From an uncultured Bacteroides sp. (lineage in GTDB: Bacteria; Bacteroidota; Bacteroidia; Bacteroidales; GCA-2748055), in contig CAZOHA010000001.1 in NCBI GenBank assembly GCA_964579515.1, forward strand, positions 163,484 through 227,483: a DNA stretch of 64,000 bases, given 5' to 3'. Numbering within the stretch: position 1 is the stretch's first letter; every line of letters begins with the position of its first letter. Both the position numbers and the translations under genes were made by a program. The notes beneath the pieces are model-generated. The model made no database searches, was not told the DNA's origin, and worked only from the letters and a program-made list of their open reading frames with translations. Shown here one piece after another: positions 18,076 through 29,852 of the stretch.

Positions 18076-20112
18076 TCAGTTGATCGGCGAACCGTTTTCC
18101 GCCTCCTCCGACGGTTCAACGAAATAGAGCGATCCGTCGGGATTCTCCGACAGCAGGACCATACCTTTGGACTCGATCCCCCTGATCTTCCGGGGGGCCA
18201 GGTTGGCCATCACACATACTTTTCGCCCCTGCAGTGATTCCGGTTCATAATACTCGGCGATCCCGCTGACGATGGTCCGCGTTTCAAAGCCCACATCCAC
18301 CTGCATCTGGATCAGTTTTTTGGTCTTCGGGACCTTCGCGGCTTCCAGGATGGTGCCCACCCGGAGGTCCATGGTGGTGAAATCGTCGAAACTGATCTCT
18401 TCCTTCTGAGGGGCTGCATCGGCGGGAGATTCATTCTGGTCGCGGGTACGCATCAGTTTATCCAGCTGCGCCCGGATGGCGTCGTCCTCAATTTTCTCGA
18501 ACAGAAGAGAAGCCTGCTCCAGAAGATGACCTGCAGGCAACAGATCCGGTGAACCTGCCCTGTCCCAGCCTGTTTCGCTGAACCGGATGAATCCGCGCAG
18601 TTTCTCCATGGAGAAGGGAAGGAAGGGATCCAGGGCTATGGTCAGATTGGCGGTGATCTGAAGGGCCACGTTCAGGATGGTCCGGACGCGCTCCGGGTCG
18701 CTTTTGAATTGTTTCCAGGGTTCCTGTTCGGCCAGATACTTGTTTCCCAGCCTTCCCAGGTCCATGGCATTTTTGATGGCCTCGCGGAACCGGAAACTTT
18801 CCAGGCTCTCTTCCACCCTGCGCACGGTCGCCCCGATCTCCTCCAGCACATGGCGGTCCTCCCCGGTGAGTGAGGTAATCTCCGGAACTGTTCCGTCAAA
18901 ATATTTGTGTGTCAATACGATGGCCCTGTTGACAAAGTTGCCCAGGATGGCCACCAGCTCATTGTTGTTCCGGTTCTGAAAATCTTTCCAGGTGAAATCG
19001 TTGTCCTTGGTTTCCGGCGCATTGGCACAGAGCACGTACCTCAGCACATCCTGCTTCCCGGGAAAATCCTCCAGGTATTCGTGCAGCCAGACGGCCCAGT
19101 TCCTGGAGGTGGAGATCTTGTCATTCTCCAGGTTCAGGAATTCATTGGCCGGGACATTATCGGGAAGAATGAAGCTTCCCTCAGCCTTCAGCATGGTGGG
19201 AAAGATGATGCAGTGGAAGACGATGTTATCCTTGCCGATGAAATGGATCAGGCGTGTCTCCTCGTCCTTCCAGTACTTTTCCCAGTCGGGGGTCAGCTCC
19301 CGGGTGGCGGAGATGTATCCGATGGGCGCATCGAACCAGACATAGAGTACCTTACCGGCGGCATCTTCCACGGGGACCGGGACTCCCCAATCCAGGTCGC
19401 GACTCACCGCCCTGGGCTGAAGCCCCTGATCGAGCCACGATTTGCACTGACCATAGACATTGGGCTTCCACTCCTTATGTGATTCCAGGATCCACTCTTT
19501 CAGCCACTGCTCATACTGGTCAAGCGGAAGATACCAGTGGGTGGTCTCCCTCAGGACCGGCTTGCTGCCGCTGATGGTCGAAACCGGGTTGACCAGATCG
19601 GAGGGGCTCAGCGAGGTGCCGCACTGTTCGCACTGATCCCCGTAGGCCGAGGGATTCCCGCAATGGGGGCAGGTCCCCGTGATGTACCGGTCGGCCAGAA
19701 AGGCCCCCGCTTCCTGGTCGTAGTATTGTTCGGAGGTCTTCTCCAGGAAAATCCCTTTGTCATAGAGATTGCGGAAAAACTGTGAGGCCGTCTCGTGATG
19801 GACCTGATTGGAGGTGCGGGAATAGATGTCGAAGGTGATCCCGAAATCCTCGAATGCTTTTTTGTTCAGAGCGTGGTAGCGGTCCACCACCTCCTGGGGG
19901 GTGGACCCTTCATTTCTCGCCTTCAGCGTGATCGGTACCCCATGCTCGTCGGAACCGCAGATCGAGAGTACATCCCTTCCCTGCTGGCGAAGGTAACGTA
20001 CATAAATATCGGAGGGTACATAGACCCCGGCCAGGTGTCCCAGATGAATGGGCCCGTTGGCATACGGCAGGGCAGAGGTGACCAGGTGGCGCTTAAACGA
20101 TTTCTTTGTCAT
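18076..20112 (-). CDS. metG: Methionine--tRNA ligase
   Basis: HIGH-type motif (PIHLGHLAG), zinc knuckles (CPHCG, CEQCG), KMSKS-like KISTS, and a C-terminal tRNA-binding domain. The tracked ORF starts at a TTG (20136); the ATG at 20112 is preferred. Confidence 0.95.
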   Translation of the reverse strand: MTKKSFKRHLVTSALPYANGPIHLGHLAGVYVPSDIYVRYLRQQGRDVLSICGSDEHGVPITLKARNEGSTPQEVVDRYHALNKKAFEDFGITFDIYSRTSNQVHHETASQFFRNLYDKGIFLEKTSEQYYDQEAGAFLADRYITGTCPHCGNPSAYGDQCEQCGTSLSPSDLVNPVSTISGSKPVLRETTHWYLPLDQYEQWLKEWILESHKEWKPNVYGQCKSWLDQGLQPRAVSRDLDWGVPVPVEDAAGKVLYVWFDAPIGYISATRELTPDWEKYWKDEETRLIHFIGKDNIVFHCIIFPTMLKAEGSFILPDNVPANEFLNLENDKISTSRNWAVWLHEYLEDFPGKQDVLRYVLCANAPETKDNDFTWKDFQNRNNNELVAILGNFVNRAIVLTHKYFDGTVPEITSLTGEDRHVLEEIGATVRRVEESLESFRFREAIKNAMDLGRLGNKYLAEQEPWKQFKSDPERVRTILNVALQITANLTIALDPFLPFSMEKLRGFIRFSETGWDRAGSPDLLPAGHLLEQASLLFEKIEDDAIRAQLDKLMRTRDQNESPADAAPQKEEISFDDFTTMDLRVGTILEAAKVPKTKKLIQMQVDVGFETRTIVSGIAEYYEPESLQGRKVCVMANLAPRKIRGIESKGMVLLSENPDGSLYFVEPSEEAENGSPIN

Positions 20113-20181
20113 GGTGCATTTTGGAAGAATTTTCAAAGATAGTGATTATAGGGGCTGATCAAACCCTCTTATCCCACATCT

Positions 20182-20562
20182 ATGGGAAAGCAAAAGCGGA
20201 TGAACCGTTGCGATCGTGGCAGAAGGGCGGAGCAGGATGCGGCCAGGTACCTGGCAGGAGAAGGGTACCGGATCCTGAGAACCAACTGGAGGTGGGGGAA
20301 AAAGGAGCTGGACCTGGTGGCCATTTACAGGGGGGAACTGGTCATCGTGGAGGTGAAGTCATCCTTCGGGAACCGGGTGAACGATCCGTCCGAAGTGGTG
20401 GACCGGATCAAACAGCGAAGAATCATCCTGGCTGCCGAGGCCTTCATCCGCACCCATCATTTATCGCATCCCACCCGTTTCGATGTGATAGCTGTCATCT
20501 ATCATTCCCGCGGGGTTGATTTCGACCATACCGAGAACGCATTCATTCCGGGGGTGGAGTGA
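20182..20562 (+). CDS. yraN: YraN-family (UPF0102) endonuclease-like protein
   Basis: 126 aa. The core GYRILRTNWRWGKKELDLVAIYRGELVIVEVK is typical of UPF0102. Confidence 0.8.
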   Translation: MGKQKRMNRCDRGRRAEQDAARYLAGEGYRILRTNWRWGKKELDLVAIYRGELVIVEVKSSFGNRVNDPSEVVDRIKQRRIILAAEAFIRTHHLSHPTRFDVIAVIYHSRGVDFDHTENAFIPGVE

Positions 20563-20592
20563 GAGGCGACCCCGGGCATTTTGTTGCCTCAT

Positions 20593-21899
<1,307 letters not shown>

Positions 21900-21953
21900 T
21901 CAATATACTATAATTAAGTGAACTCTGGTCCTTAGTTTATTGTTCTCCATATT

Positions 21954-22820
21954 ATGGGAAAACATCCGCACCGGTTTCCAGTCTTCCTTATTCCTTTTTT
22001 CCCTCTGTTCCTGCTTTCGTGTGAAAAGGATGAAGCGGACCAACCGTCAGAGGCGGGGATCAAGGCATGTTCCTTCAATATCCGCTTCGATAACCCGGAG
22101 GACGGCTATAACCGGTGGGAAAACCGCCGGAAAGACGTGGTGGTATTCCTGGGAATCGAGCAGCCCGATGTGATCGGTTTTCAGGAGGTGCTGGTGAATC
22201 AGGTGGAGTATCTGGAAAGCAGGCTGACCGGCTATGCCCGAGTGGGTGTGGGAAGGGACGACGGTGTCAGTGAAGGTGAATTTGCCCCGGTCTTTTACCG
22301 GGAGGAGAGGTTCGGACTCAGCGACAGCGGAACATTCTGGCTGTCTGAAACACCGGAGGTTCCATCCATCGGCTGGGAAGCAGCTATCCCCAGGATCTGC
22401 ACCTATGTGTATCTGACCGATCTGGAGAGCGGAAAGGAGGTGCATGTTTACAACACTCATTTCAGCCATGTCAGCTCTCTGGCACAGCTGGAAAGTGCAC
22501 GGCTGATTCTGGAGCGGATCATGGAAAGGAGTGAGCGGGCGCATGTGATCCTCACCGGCGACCTCAATGTGGAACCTGGTTCGGCTCCTTACAACGAGAT
22601 CACAGCCGGGGGGATGAAAGACAGCTTTGAGAGCGGTCTGCGGTTGGGACCGGCAGGCACCTATAACGGATTCCGGCTGACCGGGTCCCATGACCGGAGG
22701 ATCGATTATATCTTCATCCGCGGGTTCGTTCCGGATTACTACCTCACTTCAAGTATTGTGATTAATAACCGCTATCTCTCCGACCACTTCCCTGTCCTCA
22801 CCCTGCTGGAGTATGAGTAA
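21954..22820 (+). CDS. Endonuclease/exonuclease/phosphatase (EEP) family lipoprotein
   Basis: Lipoprotein signal (FLLSCEKD), NIRFDNPEDG near the N-terminus, and the C-terminal catalytic context SDHFPV. Confidence 0.8.
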   Translation: MGKHPHRFPVFLIPFFPLFLLSCEKDEADQPSEAGIKACSFNIRFDNPEDGYNRWENRRKDVVVFLGIEQPDVIGFQEVLVNQVEYLESRLTGYARVGVGRDDGVSEGEFAPVFYREERFGLSDSGTFWLSETPEVPSIGWEAAIPRICTYVYLTDLESGKEVHVYNTHFSHVSSLAQLESARLILERIMERSERAHVILTGDLNVEPGSAPYNEITAGGMKDSFESGLRLGPAGTYNGFRLTGSHDRRIDYIFIRGFVPDYYLTSSIVINNRYLSDHFPVLTLLEYE

Positions 22821-23853
22821 CCGGGCTCGAAGATATCGCATGGTTCTGCTTCGCACCTTCCCGGTGGCATTTCTGCTCCTGTCGGCAGGATGCCGGCAGG
22901 AGTCAAAGCAAATCAGCAGCGTCTATTTCACCGATTCCTACCGCTCCATCACCACCGGAGAGCTGATGCCAGTAACGCTCACCCTGGGTATCGATCCTCC
23001 TGCCTCTGATTTCTCACATATACTGGTTTCCCTCACTTCCAGAGGTGGGGAAGCCGGAACCGCTTTCAGCGTATCACCCGGTGAAGCTGGCGGTATTATC
23101 GAGATACCGGTGAAGGCCGGTGAAAGTGCGGTATCACTGGTCATCACCCCGGAGCAGGAAGGGATCGGTTACAGCAACATCATCATCGAGCTGGAGATCA
23201 TATCCACAGGGGAGGGTCTGGTTTCCGGCGGACTGAGGGGAGTGTTTTCATCTCTCTTCATTCTTAACCGGGAAGATCAGACGAGAACACTGCCGTTTTA
23301 CGAAGCCTTTGACCCGTGCGATTCGCCATCCGGAACCGGGGGACTTCCCGCCGGCTGGGAGGAGAGGGTGGTCATCCAGAATTCCGTGGGCACCGCCCGC
23401 TGGGTCTGCTCGCCGGCTTTTGAAGGCATCGAGTGCAACGCCTATTCCGACTCAGGCGGGCCGGGCGACAGCAGTGAAGTCTGGCTGATCACCCCTCCGG
23501 TCGATCTCACGGGATCCACCTCTCCGGAACTCAGTTTCAGGGTTGACCGCAGATTTGAAACGGCCGGCTTCCCGGCTTATGATGTAAGGATCTCCACTGA
23601 TTATGAGGGTGGCGGCTTTTATGACGGTACTGAAGTCGACCCGGAAAACTGGATAGTGTTCCAGCCGGCTGTGAATGCCATCCAAGCCAATGATCCTGGA
23701 AGAGACAATTATGAAACTGTCCATTCGCTCGATCTTTCCGCCTACCGCAACGACACTATCCATATGGCATTTATCTACCGCGCGGAAGGATCCAGGCTCA
23801 CCTCCACCATTCTCCGTCTGGATGAATTAAGAATAGAGGACCAAAAAAAATGA
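22813..23853 (+). CDS. Lipoprotein with a Calx-beta-like N-terminal domain and a choice-of-anchor-J-like C-terminal domain (paralog A)
   Basis: Lipoprotein signal (LLLSAGCRQ). Overlaps the EEP gene stop by 8 nt. Collinear similarity to 23916-24950 (LPFYEAFD..GW, SSEVWLITPP, LSFRVDRRF). Confidence 0.55.
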   Translation: MSNRARRYRMVLLRTFPVAFLLLSAGCRQESKQISSVYFTDSYRSITTGELMPVTLTLGIDPPASDFSHILVSLTSRGGEAGTAFSVSPGEAGGIIEIPVKAGESAVSLVITPEQEGIGYSNIIIELEIISTGEGLVSGGLRGVFSSLFILNREDQTRTLPFYEAFDPCDSPSGTGGLPAGWEERVVIQNSVGTARWVCSPAFEGIECNAYSDSGGPGDSSEVWLITPPVDLTGSTSPELSFRVDRRFETAGFPAYDVRISTDYEGGGFYDGTEVDPENWIVFQPAVNAIQANDPGRDNYETVHSLDLSAYRNDTIHMAFIYRAEGSRLTSTILRLDELRIEDQKK

Positions 23854-23879
23854 GGCCGTCTTCAGACAGCCTCACTTTT
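23843..23879. terminator. Candidate bidirectional intrinsic terminator between the convergent paralogs
   Basis: The hairpin GAGGCCGTC-TTCA-GACAGCCTC (23852-23873; 5+3 bp with one mismatch) is flanked by A8 (23843-23850) and TTTT (23876-23879). Confidence 0.45.
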
Positions 23880-23915
23880 CTGTGATTCGTTGCTCGGTTT
23901 ACAGAAACAACTTAC

Positions 23916-24950
23916 TTAATCGGTAACGGCCACATTTCCGATTCTCAGGATGGTGGCATCGAACGAAGCAGGTGCCCCGGCCCTGTAAACAAAGGCAAAG
24001 GCGATCACTTCTCCGGTGTAATCCGCCAGGCTCAGATCACCGGTGTTGGTCAGATCGTCCTGACCCGGATCGTTGGCAGTCATGGCGGCGAAACCAGGCT
24101 CGAATCTGGTCCAGGTGGCATCGTCGAAATTCAGGCCGTTATAGTCGGTGGAAATGACGATGTCATAAAGCGGCTCGGGGAAATCTCCGGTACCGGGGAA
24201 CCTTCTGTCCACTCCGAAACTTAATTGCGGATCGGTGGCTTCCAGCAGGTTGATCCGCGGGGAGACCAGCCATACTTCGGAAGAGGTCTGATCATCGGAG
24301 CCGGGCACAAAAGCATTTGCCTGTACCGCTTCAAATCCAAAGAAACCGGCATCCACGCAGGACCATACCGCAGAACCTTCAGCATTCTGCTGGATAACCT
24401 CCTGGGACCAGCCTTCCGGTATGGGTTCTCCGGATCCACCCTCCGCACAGCCGTCAAAATCCTCGGTGAAAGGAAGCTCTTCCCCGGTATCCCTGGCGTT
24501 GGTGATGTTGATCACCGAGACGGTGGTCAGACCGGTGGTCAGACCGCTTCCGGCAGAGACCAGCTCCATGTTGAGGACCACGTCGTCGAATCCGATCCCC
24601 TCTTCGATGGGGCTTACGGTGAAGGATGCATCGGTGGCTCCTGAATTTACAGTGACCACCACCTCCCCGTCAGAGATCGCCGGGGTGGTACTGAAGACCG
24701 TGCCGGCTTCGGCACCGGTCAGGGCCACCGTGAATTCGGAATTCTGCGGCGCAGGGGGGTCGATGGAAAACTCCACAGTGATGTCGCTGAGATCATCGGT
24801 GGTACGGTTGATGGAGGATTCAACAAAGTTTACAATGCCCGGATCCTCCTCCTCTTCACAACTCTGAATGGCAAGGGCAGAGACCATGGCCATCATCAGG
24901 ATCAATAATTTCGAGATGTTTTTCATTCTTTTCGTTGATTTAACGTTCAC
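23916..24950 (-). CDS. Lipoprotein with a Calx-beta-like N-terminal domain and a choice-of-anchor-J-like C-terminal domain (paralog B)
   Basis: Lipoprotein signal (ALAIQSCEEE). Shares with paralog A: LPFTEDFD..GW, SSEVWLVSPR, LSFGVDRRF. Confidence 0.55.
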   Translation of the reverse strand: MNVKSTKRMKNISKLLILMMAMVSALAIQSCEEEEDPGIVNFVESSINRTTDDLSDITVEFSIDPPAPQNSEFTVALTGAEAGTVFSTTPAISDGEVVVTVNSGATDASFTVSPIEEGIGFDDVVLNMELVSAGSGLTTGLTTVSVINITNARDTGEELPFTEDFDGCAEGGSGEPIPEGWSQEVIQQNAEGSAVWSCVDAGFFGFEAVQANAFVPGSDDQTSSEVWLVSPRINLLEATDPQLSFGVDRRFPGTGDFPEPLYDIVISTDYNGLNFDDATWTRFEPGFAAMTANDPGQDDLTNTGDLSLADYTGEVIAFAFVYRAGAPASFDATILRIGNVAVTD

Positions 24951-25205
24951 AATAATCTTTTAAAACATACAGATTGAGGGAATAAGTATTTCAACTGACT
25001 AAACAAGAATGCATGGTGGATTGTTTTAAAAAGAGCAGATTCAACGAACCCAATAAACTACCAGACGCCCCGATTCATTGGGGAAAGCGATGCAATACAG
25101 CATATGGACCGACTAATTATTGACAGTTTCCGGACCTTTCGAATTCAGTGCCATGGAATATACTACTTCTTACCAATAAATATTTATGAATTAAACAGAT
25201 AAAGC

Positions 25206-28200
25206 ATGGACGAACATTTGACTCTTCGAAGAATGAAAAGAATGGGGATCTTATTTTTCCTGTTCTTTGTGACTACGCTTTCAGTGTTCGGTCAGCGGGA
25301 GATCACCGGGACGGTGGTTTCGGCCGGTGATAACGAACCTCTGATCGGGGCCACTGTGGCGGTCAAGGGCACCGCCCGTGGTACGATCACCGATATTGAC
25401 GGCCAATTCACCCTGGAAGCTGAAAGCGATGACGTGCTGGTCATCTCTTATGTGGGGTACAGTACCACGGAGATTCCCGTAGGCAACAACAATGTGATCA
25501 ATGTGGAGCTTGCCCTTAGCGCCACCGGCCTGGAGGAGCTGGTGGTGATTGGATACGGTACCCAGAGGGAAAGGGACCTTACTTCGGCTATTGTTACAGT
25601 GGATGCCGAAGAGATTTCCCGATCTCCCAGCCAGAATGCCATGCAGTCGTTGCAGGGGAAGGCCCCCGGCGTTCAGATCGTCAACAGCGGAGCTCCCGGA
25701 GCAGCTCCCACCGTCAGGGTCAGGGGACTCGGATCTCTGCCCGGTTTCGGAAATTCGGACCCGCTATATGTGGTCGACGGGGCGTTCTTTAATAACATCA
25801 CCTTCCTGAACCCGTCGGATATCAAATCGATCTCTGTATTGAAGGATGCGTCGGCTGCGGCGATCTATGGGGTCAGGGCAGCCAACGGAGTGGTATTGAT
25901 CGAAACCAAGACCGGCTCCTATAACCAGGAAGCTTTGGTGGAATACAACGGTTACTACGGCCTGCAGGTCCCCCAGAACGTGATCAAGATGGCCAATACC
26001 GAGCAGTTTGTCCGTTACATCAACGAAACGGGCGATCAGGCAGACATCTCTTTCATAGAAAATGCCATGCAGAAGTATGGGCGGAGCCGCATCAACCCCG
26101 ACCTTCCCGCTGTGAATACCGACTGGTACAATGAAGTGATGCGGAACGGCCCGATCCAGAACCATTCAGTGAATATTTCAGGAGGGGCGGAAAATGTACG
26201 CTATACCCTCGGGGGAAACTACTTCAAACAGGAAGGCCTGCTGAATGTGATCCGGAATGAGTATGAACGGCTCAACTTCAGGACCAAGATCGATTTCAGA
26301 GCCGGGGAACGCCTGGAGGCCGGAGGGAGTGTCAATGTCCGCAGCGCCACCCAGTTCAATGCCCCCAATTCGGTATGGTTCAATACCTATTTTGCGGTAC
26401 CCACCTTTCCGGTCTATGATGACGAGGGAATTGCCACCGCGTCTCCTGAACCCATCGCCAATGCACAGGACCTGGGATACAGGGGAACCCAGAATCCCTT
26501 CTTCATTCTCCATTACAATGACGACAGAAACAAGATCGGGGGTTTGCTGGGGAACTTTTATTTCGACTATGATATCCTTAAAAACAGGCTTTCATTTAAA
26601 ATGACATACAATTACTCCTTCTCCTCGGTGAATGCAAGGAATGTGAACTTTGCTTACAATACCGGGCAGGTGGAGAATGTGAACAGCCTCTATCGTCAGA
26701 ATATCTCCTATTTCGATCAGATCTGGGACAATATCCTTACCTATAAGGACTCGTTCGGTGAACATAACATCACGGCCATGGCCGGTTACTCCTTCAGATC
26801 GGAGAACCAGGAGGGGGTATTCGCCAGCGCTACAGAGATTCAGGGGCTTAACCGGGTGCAGGAGGAGCTCTGGTTTATGAGTGGATCCAACAGAGTTCCG
26901 GTGGGCCTGATCAACGAGGACAATACCGGCGATATCGGTGGCAGCATTTACGGTGTCTCTTATCTTGGAAGAATTGCCTATAATTACGCCGACCGTTATC
27001 TTCTTTACGGAACTTACCGCAGGGACGGCACCAATAAGTTCCAGGCCAAATGGGGGAATTTCTTCACCCTTGGAGCAGGATGGGTGATCTCTGAAGAGGC
27101 CTTCTTCGATGTGGGATTCGTTGATTTCCTGAAGCTCAGGGGAAGCTGGGGAGAGCTGGGGAACTCCGGTGTGAGTCCTGCCGTGGGGCAGCCGACCCGT
27201 GAGGCCATCTTCTTTGCACTGAACGACACCAGGTACCAGGGCACCACCCTGGAGTATGCCTTCGACCTGGTCACACGGTGGGAAACGGTGGAGGAGACCA
27301 ATATCGGGCTCTCTTCGCGTTTACTGAACGGAGACCTTTCCGTGGAGGCGGATGTTTACCGGAGAGATACCAAGGATGCGGTCACCCTGCTCCTGGTACC
27401 CGGACAGAGATCGGTTATCCGGCGCAGCGTGGCAAGTATCAGGAACAGCGGGGTGGAGATGTCCCTGCAATATTCACGTCCGATCACCAGTAGTGTTTCT
27501 TTTTCTGTGGGTGGCAACTTCGCCACACTGCGAAATGAAGTGCTGGATCTGGGGCCCGGTCCCGGCTACCTGGATGCCGGTCAGGCAGAATTCCGTCAGC
27601 GCTCCATCGAGGGTCAGCCCATTGAGGCATTTTTCGGGTATGAGGTGGTCGGGGTCTTCGATAACAACCAGGAGATCCAGAACAGCGGATACAGCGATGA
27701 GTTTATCTCCAATTTCAATATCCAGCCCGGTGATTTTCATTTCAGGGACCAGAACGGCGACGGGGTGGTCGATTCGGACGACCGGGTGGTATTGGGCTCC
27801 TATCTGCCCGATATCACATACGGGGCCAACCTGAATGTATCCTGGAACAACCTGATGTTTTCGGCCAGTTTCCAGGGTCAGGCAGGAAATGTGATCCTGA
27901 ACCGGAAAAGAGGAGAGATTATCTGGACCACCGATACCAATATCGATGCAGATCTTGCCAATAACCTCTGGAGAGGGGCCGGGACTTCCGACCGGTATCC
28001 GTCTGCGGCCGGGATGAGAAAGGGTTACAATCAGCAGATGAGTGACTACTATCTGGAGAACGGTTCCTATTTCCGGGTCCAGAACATGCAGCTTTCCTAC
28101 CGCATACCCGGAAGGCAGATCGCCGGAATGCAGTCACCCGATATCACCTTTCTGCTGACTGCGGAACGCCCTGTTACTCTCTTCGAATACAACGGATTCA

Positions 28201-28283
28201 ATCCGGAAGTGCCCGATGGTATCGACCGGCAGACCTATCCCGTGCCGGCCATATACACCGTGGGTTTGAACCTGAGATTTTAA
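25206..28283 (+). CDS. susC: SusC/RagA-family TonB-dependent outer-membrane transporter
   Basis: CarboxypepD_reg-like N-terminal domain (ITGTVVSAGDNEPLIGATVAVKGTARGTITDIDGQFTL), plug region, and a roughly 1000-aa barrel ending VGLNLRF. The true start may be MKRMGILFF at 25233. Confidence 0.95.
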   Translation: MDEHLTLRRMKRMGILFFLFFVTTLSVFGQREITGTVVSAGDNEPLIGATVAVKGTARGTITDIDGQFTLEAESDDVLVISYVGYSTTEIPVGNNNVINVELALSATGLEELVVIGYGTQRERDLTSAIVTVDAEEISRSPSQNAMQSLQGKAPGVQIVNSGAPGAAPTVRVRGLGSLPGFGNSDPLYVVDGAFFNNITFLNPSDIKSISVLKDASAAAIYGVRAANGVVLIETKTGSYNQEALVEYNGYYGLQVPQNVIKMANTEQFVRYINETGDQADISFIENAMQKYGRSRINPDLPAVNTDWYNEVMRNGPIQNHSVNISGGAENVRYTLGGNYFKQEGLLNVIRNEYERLNFRTKIDFRAGERLEAGGSVNVRSATQFNAPNSVWFNTYFAVPTFPVYDDEGIATASPEPIANAQDLGYRGTQNPFFILHYNDDRNKIGGLLGNFYFDYDILKNRLSFKMTYNYSFSSVNARNVNFAYNTGQVENVNSLYRQNISYFDQIWDNILTYKDSFGEHNITAMAGYSFRSENQEGVFASATEIQGLNRVQEELWFMSGSNRVPVGLINEDNTGDIGGSIYGVSYLGRIAYNYADRYLLYGTYRRDGTNKFQAKWGNFFTLGAGWVISEEAFFDVGFVDFLKLRGSWGELGNSGVSPAVGQPTREAIFFALNDTRYQGTTLEYAFDLVTRWETVEETNIGLSSRLLNGDLSVEADVYRRDTKDAVTLLLVPGQRSVIRRSVASIRNSGVEMSLQYSRPITSSVSFSVGGNFATLRNEVLDLGPGPGYLDAGQAEFRQRSIEGQPIEAFFGYEVVGVFDNNQEIQNSGYSDEFISNFNIQPGDFHFRDQNGDGVVDSDDRVVLGSYLPDITYGANLNVSWNNLMFSASFQGQAGNVILNRKRGEIIWTTDTNIDADLANNLWRGAGTSDRYPSAAGMRKGYNQQMSDYYLENGSYFRVQNMQLSYRIPGRQIAGMQSPDITFLLTAERPVTLFEYNGFNPEVPDGIDRQTYPVPAIYTVGLNLRF

Positions 28284-28289
28284 AGGACC

Positions 28290-29840
28290 ATGAAAACGCA
28301 GAAAAAAGAATCAGATATGAAAACAACCATGACAGGCAGGATATTGATCGCCTGGTTCATGCTTGCTGTAATGGTCTCATGCGACCAGAAACTGGATGAA
28401 CCGCTCGATCAGGAGTTCCTGGAGGAAGATATCGACTACACCAACTCGGAGGAGATGGAAAATGTGTTGCTCGGAGCTTACGGCAATCTCTATTTCCTTC
28501 AGTGGGAAACCTTTCCGACCATCAGCGTACGCGGCGACGATGTGAACGCTGCCGGTGATCAGTTCCCCCTTTGGGAGATCGATGAATACAGGTATGATCC
28601 TGGATTCTGGATCATCAATTCGGTCTGGCTGAATCTCTATGGAGATATGTTCGACTGGAATGCAGCCATGGATGAGATTATGAAATACCGCGAGTTCACC
28701 CAGAATCCGGGACTGGCAGACCAGTACATTGCCGAGATCAAGGTAATGAAGGGATTTGAGCTGCTGCAGATGGTCCGGTTGTGGGGGGAAATCTTTGTTC
28801 CTGAGACTCCTCTTGCCACGGAGCTGTACGACCTGGAACTCTCCACACCGGAGGAAGCACTTCAGTACATCTCAGATTTGATGGACGAAGCGATCCCGTT
28901 GCTGCCGCAGGTTCATCCCAACGAGCGGGCCGATATCCCGGGGGGGATGACACGCTATACGGCCCTTGCGGTGAAAGCCCTGGCCAATCTTGAATTGAAA
29001 AACTGGCAGGCAGTGGCCACAGCCACCTCGGAAATTATCAACTCCGGATTGTTTTCGCTCGAAACGGATTATTACAATCTGTTCAAGACAGCCGGAAAAC
29101 TGAATGATGAGAATATCCTGGAGCTTCAGTATTCCGATTACGGTCAAAGCTCGGGTGAGGCAGATTATTACCTGCACGCCTTTTTCGGTCCCCAGGGGTG
29201 GACCCCTGCCGTGGAGGGTTCCAACGGAGGATGGGGATTCTGGGAGCCCACCCAGAAATACATTAAGTTCATGCTCGACAGGGGGGAACAGCTTCGCCTG
29301 GAAACCTCCGTACTTTTTACCGACGCAGGTATAGCGGAGATCCAGAGTGATCCTGATTATGCCACCCTTCCGGACTGGATCTCCACTACCACCAGGTCAG
29401 GGGATGTATTGAACGACTATGCCAGGGCTAACTTTGCCAGTGGCAAACACTACCTTCCTTCCAATGAACTGACCACCGGAAGGACCCGTTACGGTGAAAA
29501 CAAGAATTTCATCTGCATCCGCTATGCGGAGATCCTGCTCTCTCATGCGGAAGCTCTCACCCAGGGAGGTTCCAGCACGGCTTTAACGGCCGATGAAGCG
29601 GTTAATCTGGTCAGGGAGAGAGCCGGACTTGATCCCGTCAACGGAGTAACCCTGGATGATGTCCTGGATGAGAAATATGCCGAGCTGGCCATGGAATGGG
29701 GGATCCGGTTTTATGACCTGGTCCGGCACGACCGCACTTCAGAACTGGACTACGCCGGAAGGACCTATTCGCCCGATAAACGCTACCTTCCTTATCCCCT
29801 GGCACAACAGGATCTGTTACCACAATTGGAAAACAAATAA
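28290..29840 (+). CDS. susD: SusD/RagB-family nutrient-binding lipoprotein
   Basis: Lies immediately downstream of SusC (6-nt gap). Lipoprotein Cys (VMVSCDQ). Has the size and helical-repeat look of the SusD family. Confidence 0.88.
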   Translation: MKTQKKESDMKTTMTGRILIAWFMLAVMVSCDQKLDEPLDQEFLEEDIDYTNSEEMENVLLGAYGNLYFLQWETFPTISVRGDDVNAAGDQFPLWEIDEYRYDPGFWIINSVWLNLYGDMFDWNAAMDEIMKYREFTQNPGLADQYIAEIKVMKGFELLQMVRLWGEIFVPETPLATELYDLELSTPEEALQYISDLMDEAIPLLPQVHPNERADIPGGMTRYTALAVKALANLELKNWQAVATATSEIINSGLFSLETDYYNLFKTAGKLNDENILELQYSDYGQSSGEADYYLHAFFGPQGWTPAVEGSNGGWGFWEPTQKYIKFMLDRGEQLRLETSVLFTDAGIAEIQSDPDYATLPDWISTTTRSGDVLNDYARANFASGKHYLPSNELTTGRTRYGENKNFICIRYAEILLSHAEALTQGGSSTALTADEAVNLVRERAGLDPVNGVTLDDVLDEKYAELAMEWGIRFYDLVRHDRTSELDYAGRTYSPDKRYLPYPLAQQDLLPQLENK

Positions 29841-29852
29841 AATGAAGAAGCG

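Noticed and set aside
20106-20519. 137-aa plus-strand ORF overlapping yraN in another frame
   Set aside because: The 20182-20562 frame carries the UPF0102/YraN core motif. The alternative frame is Gly/Arg/Pro-rich with no motif.
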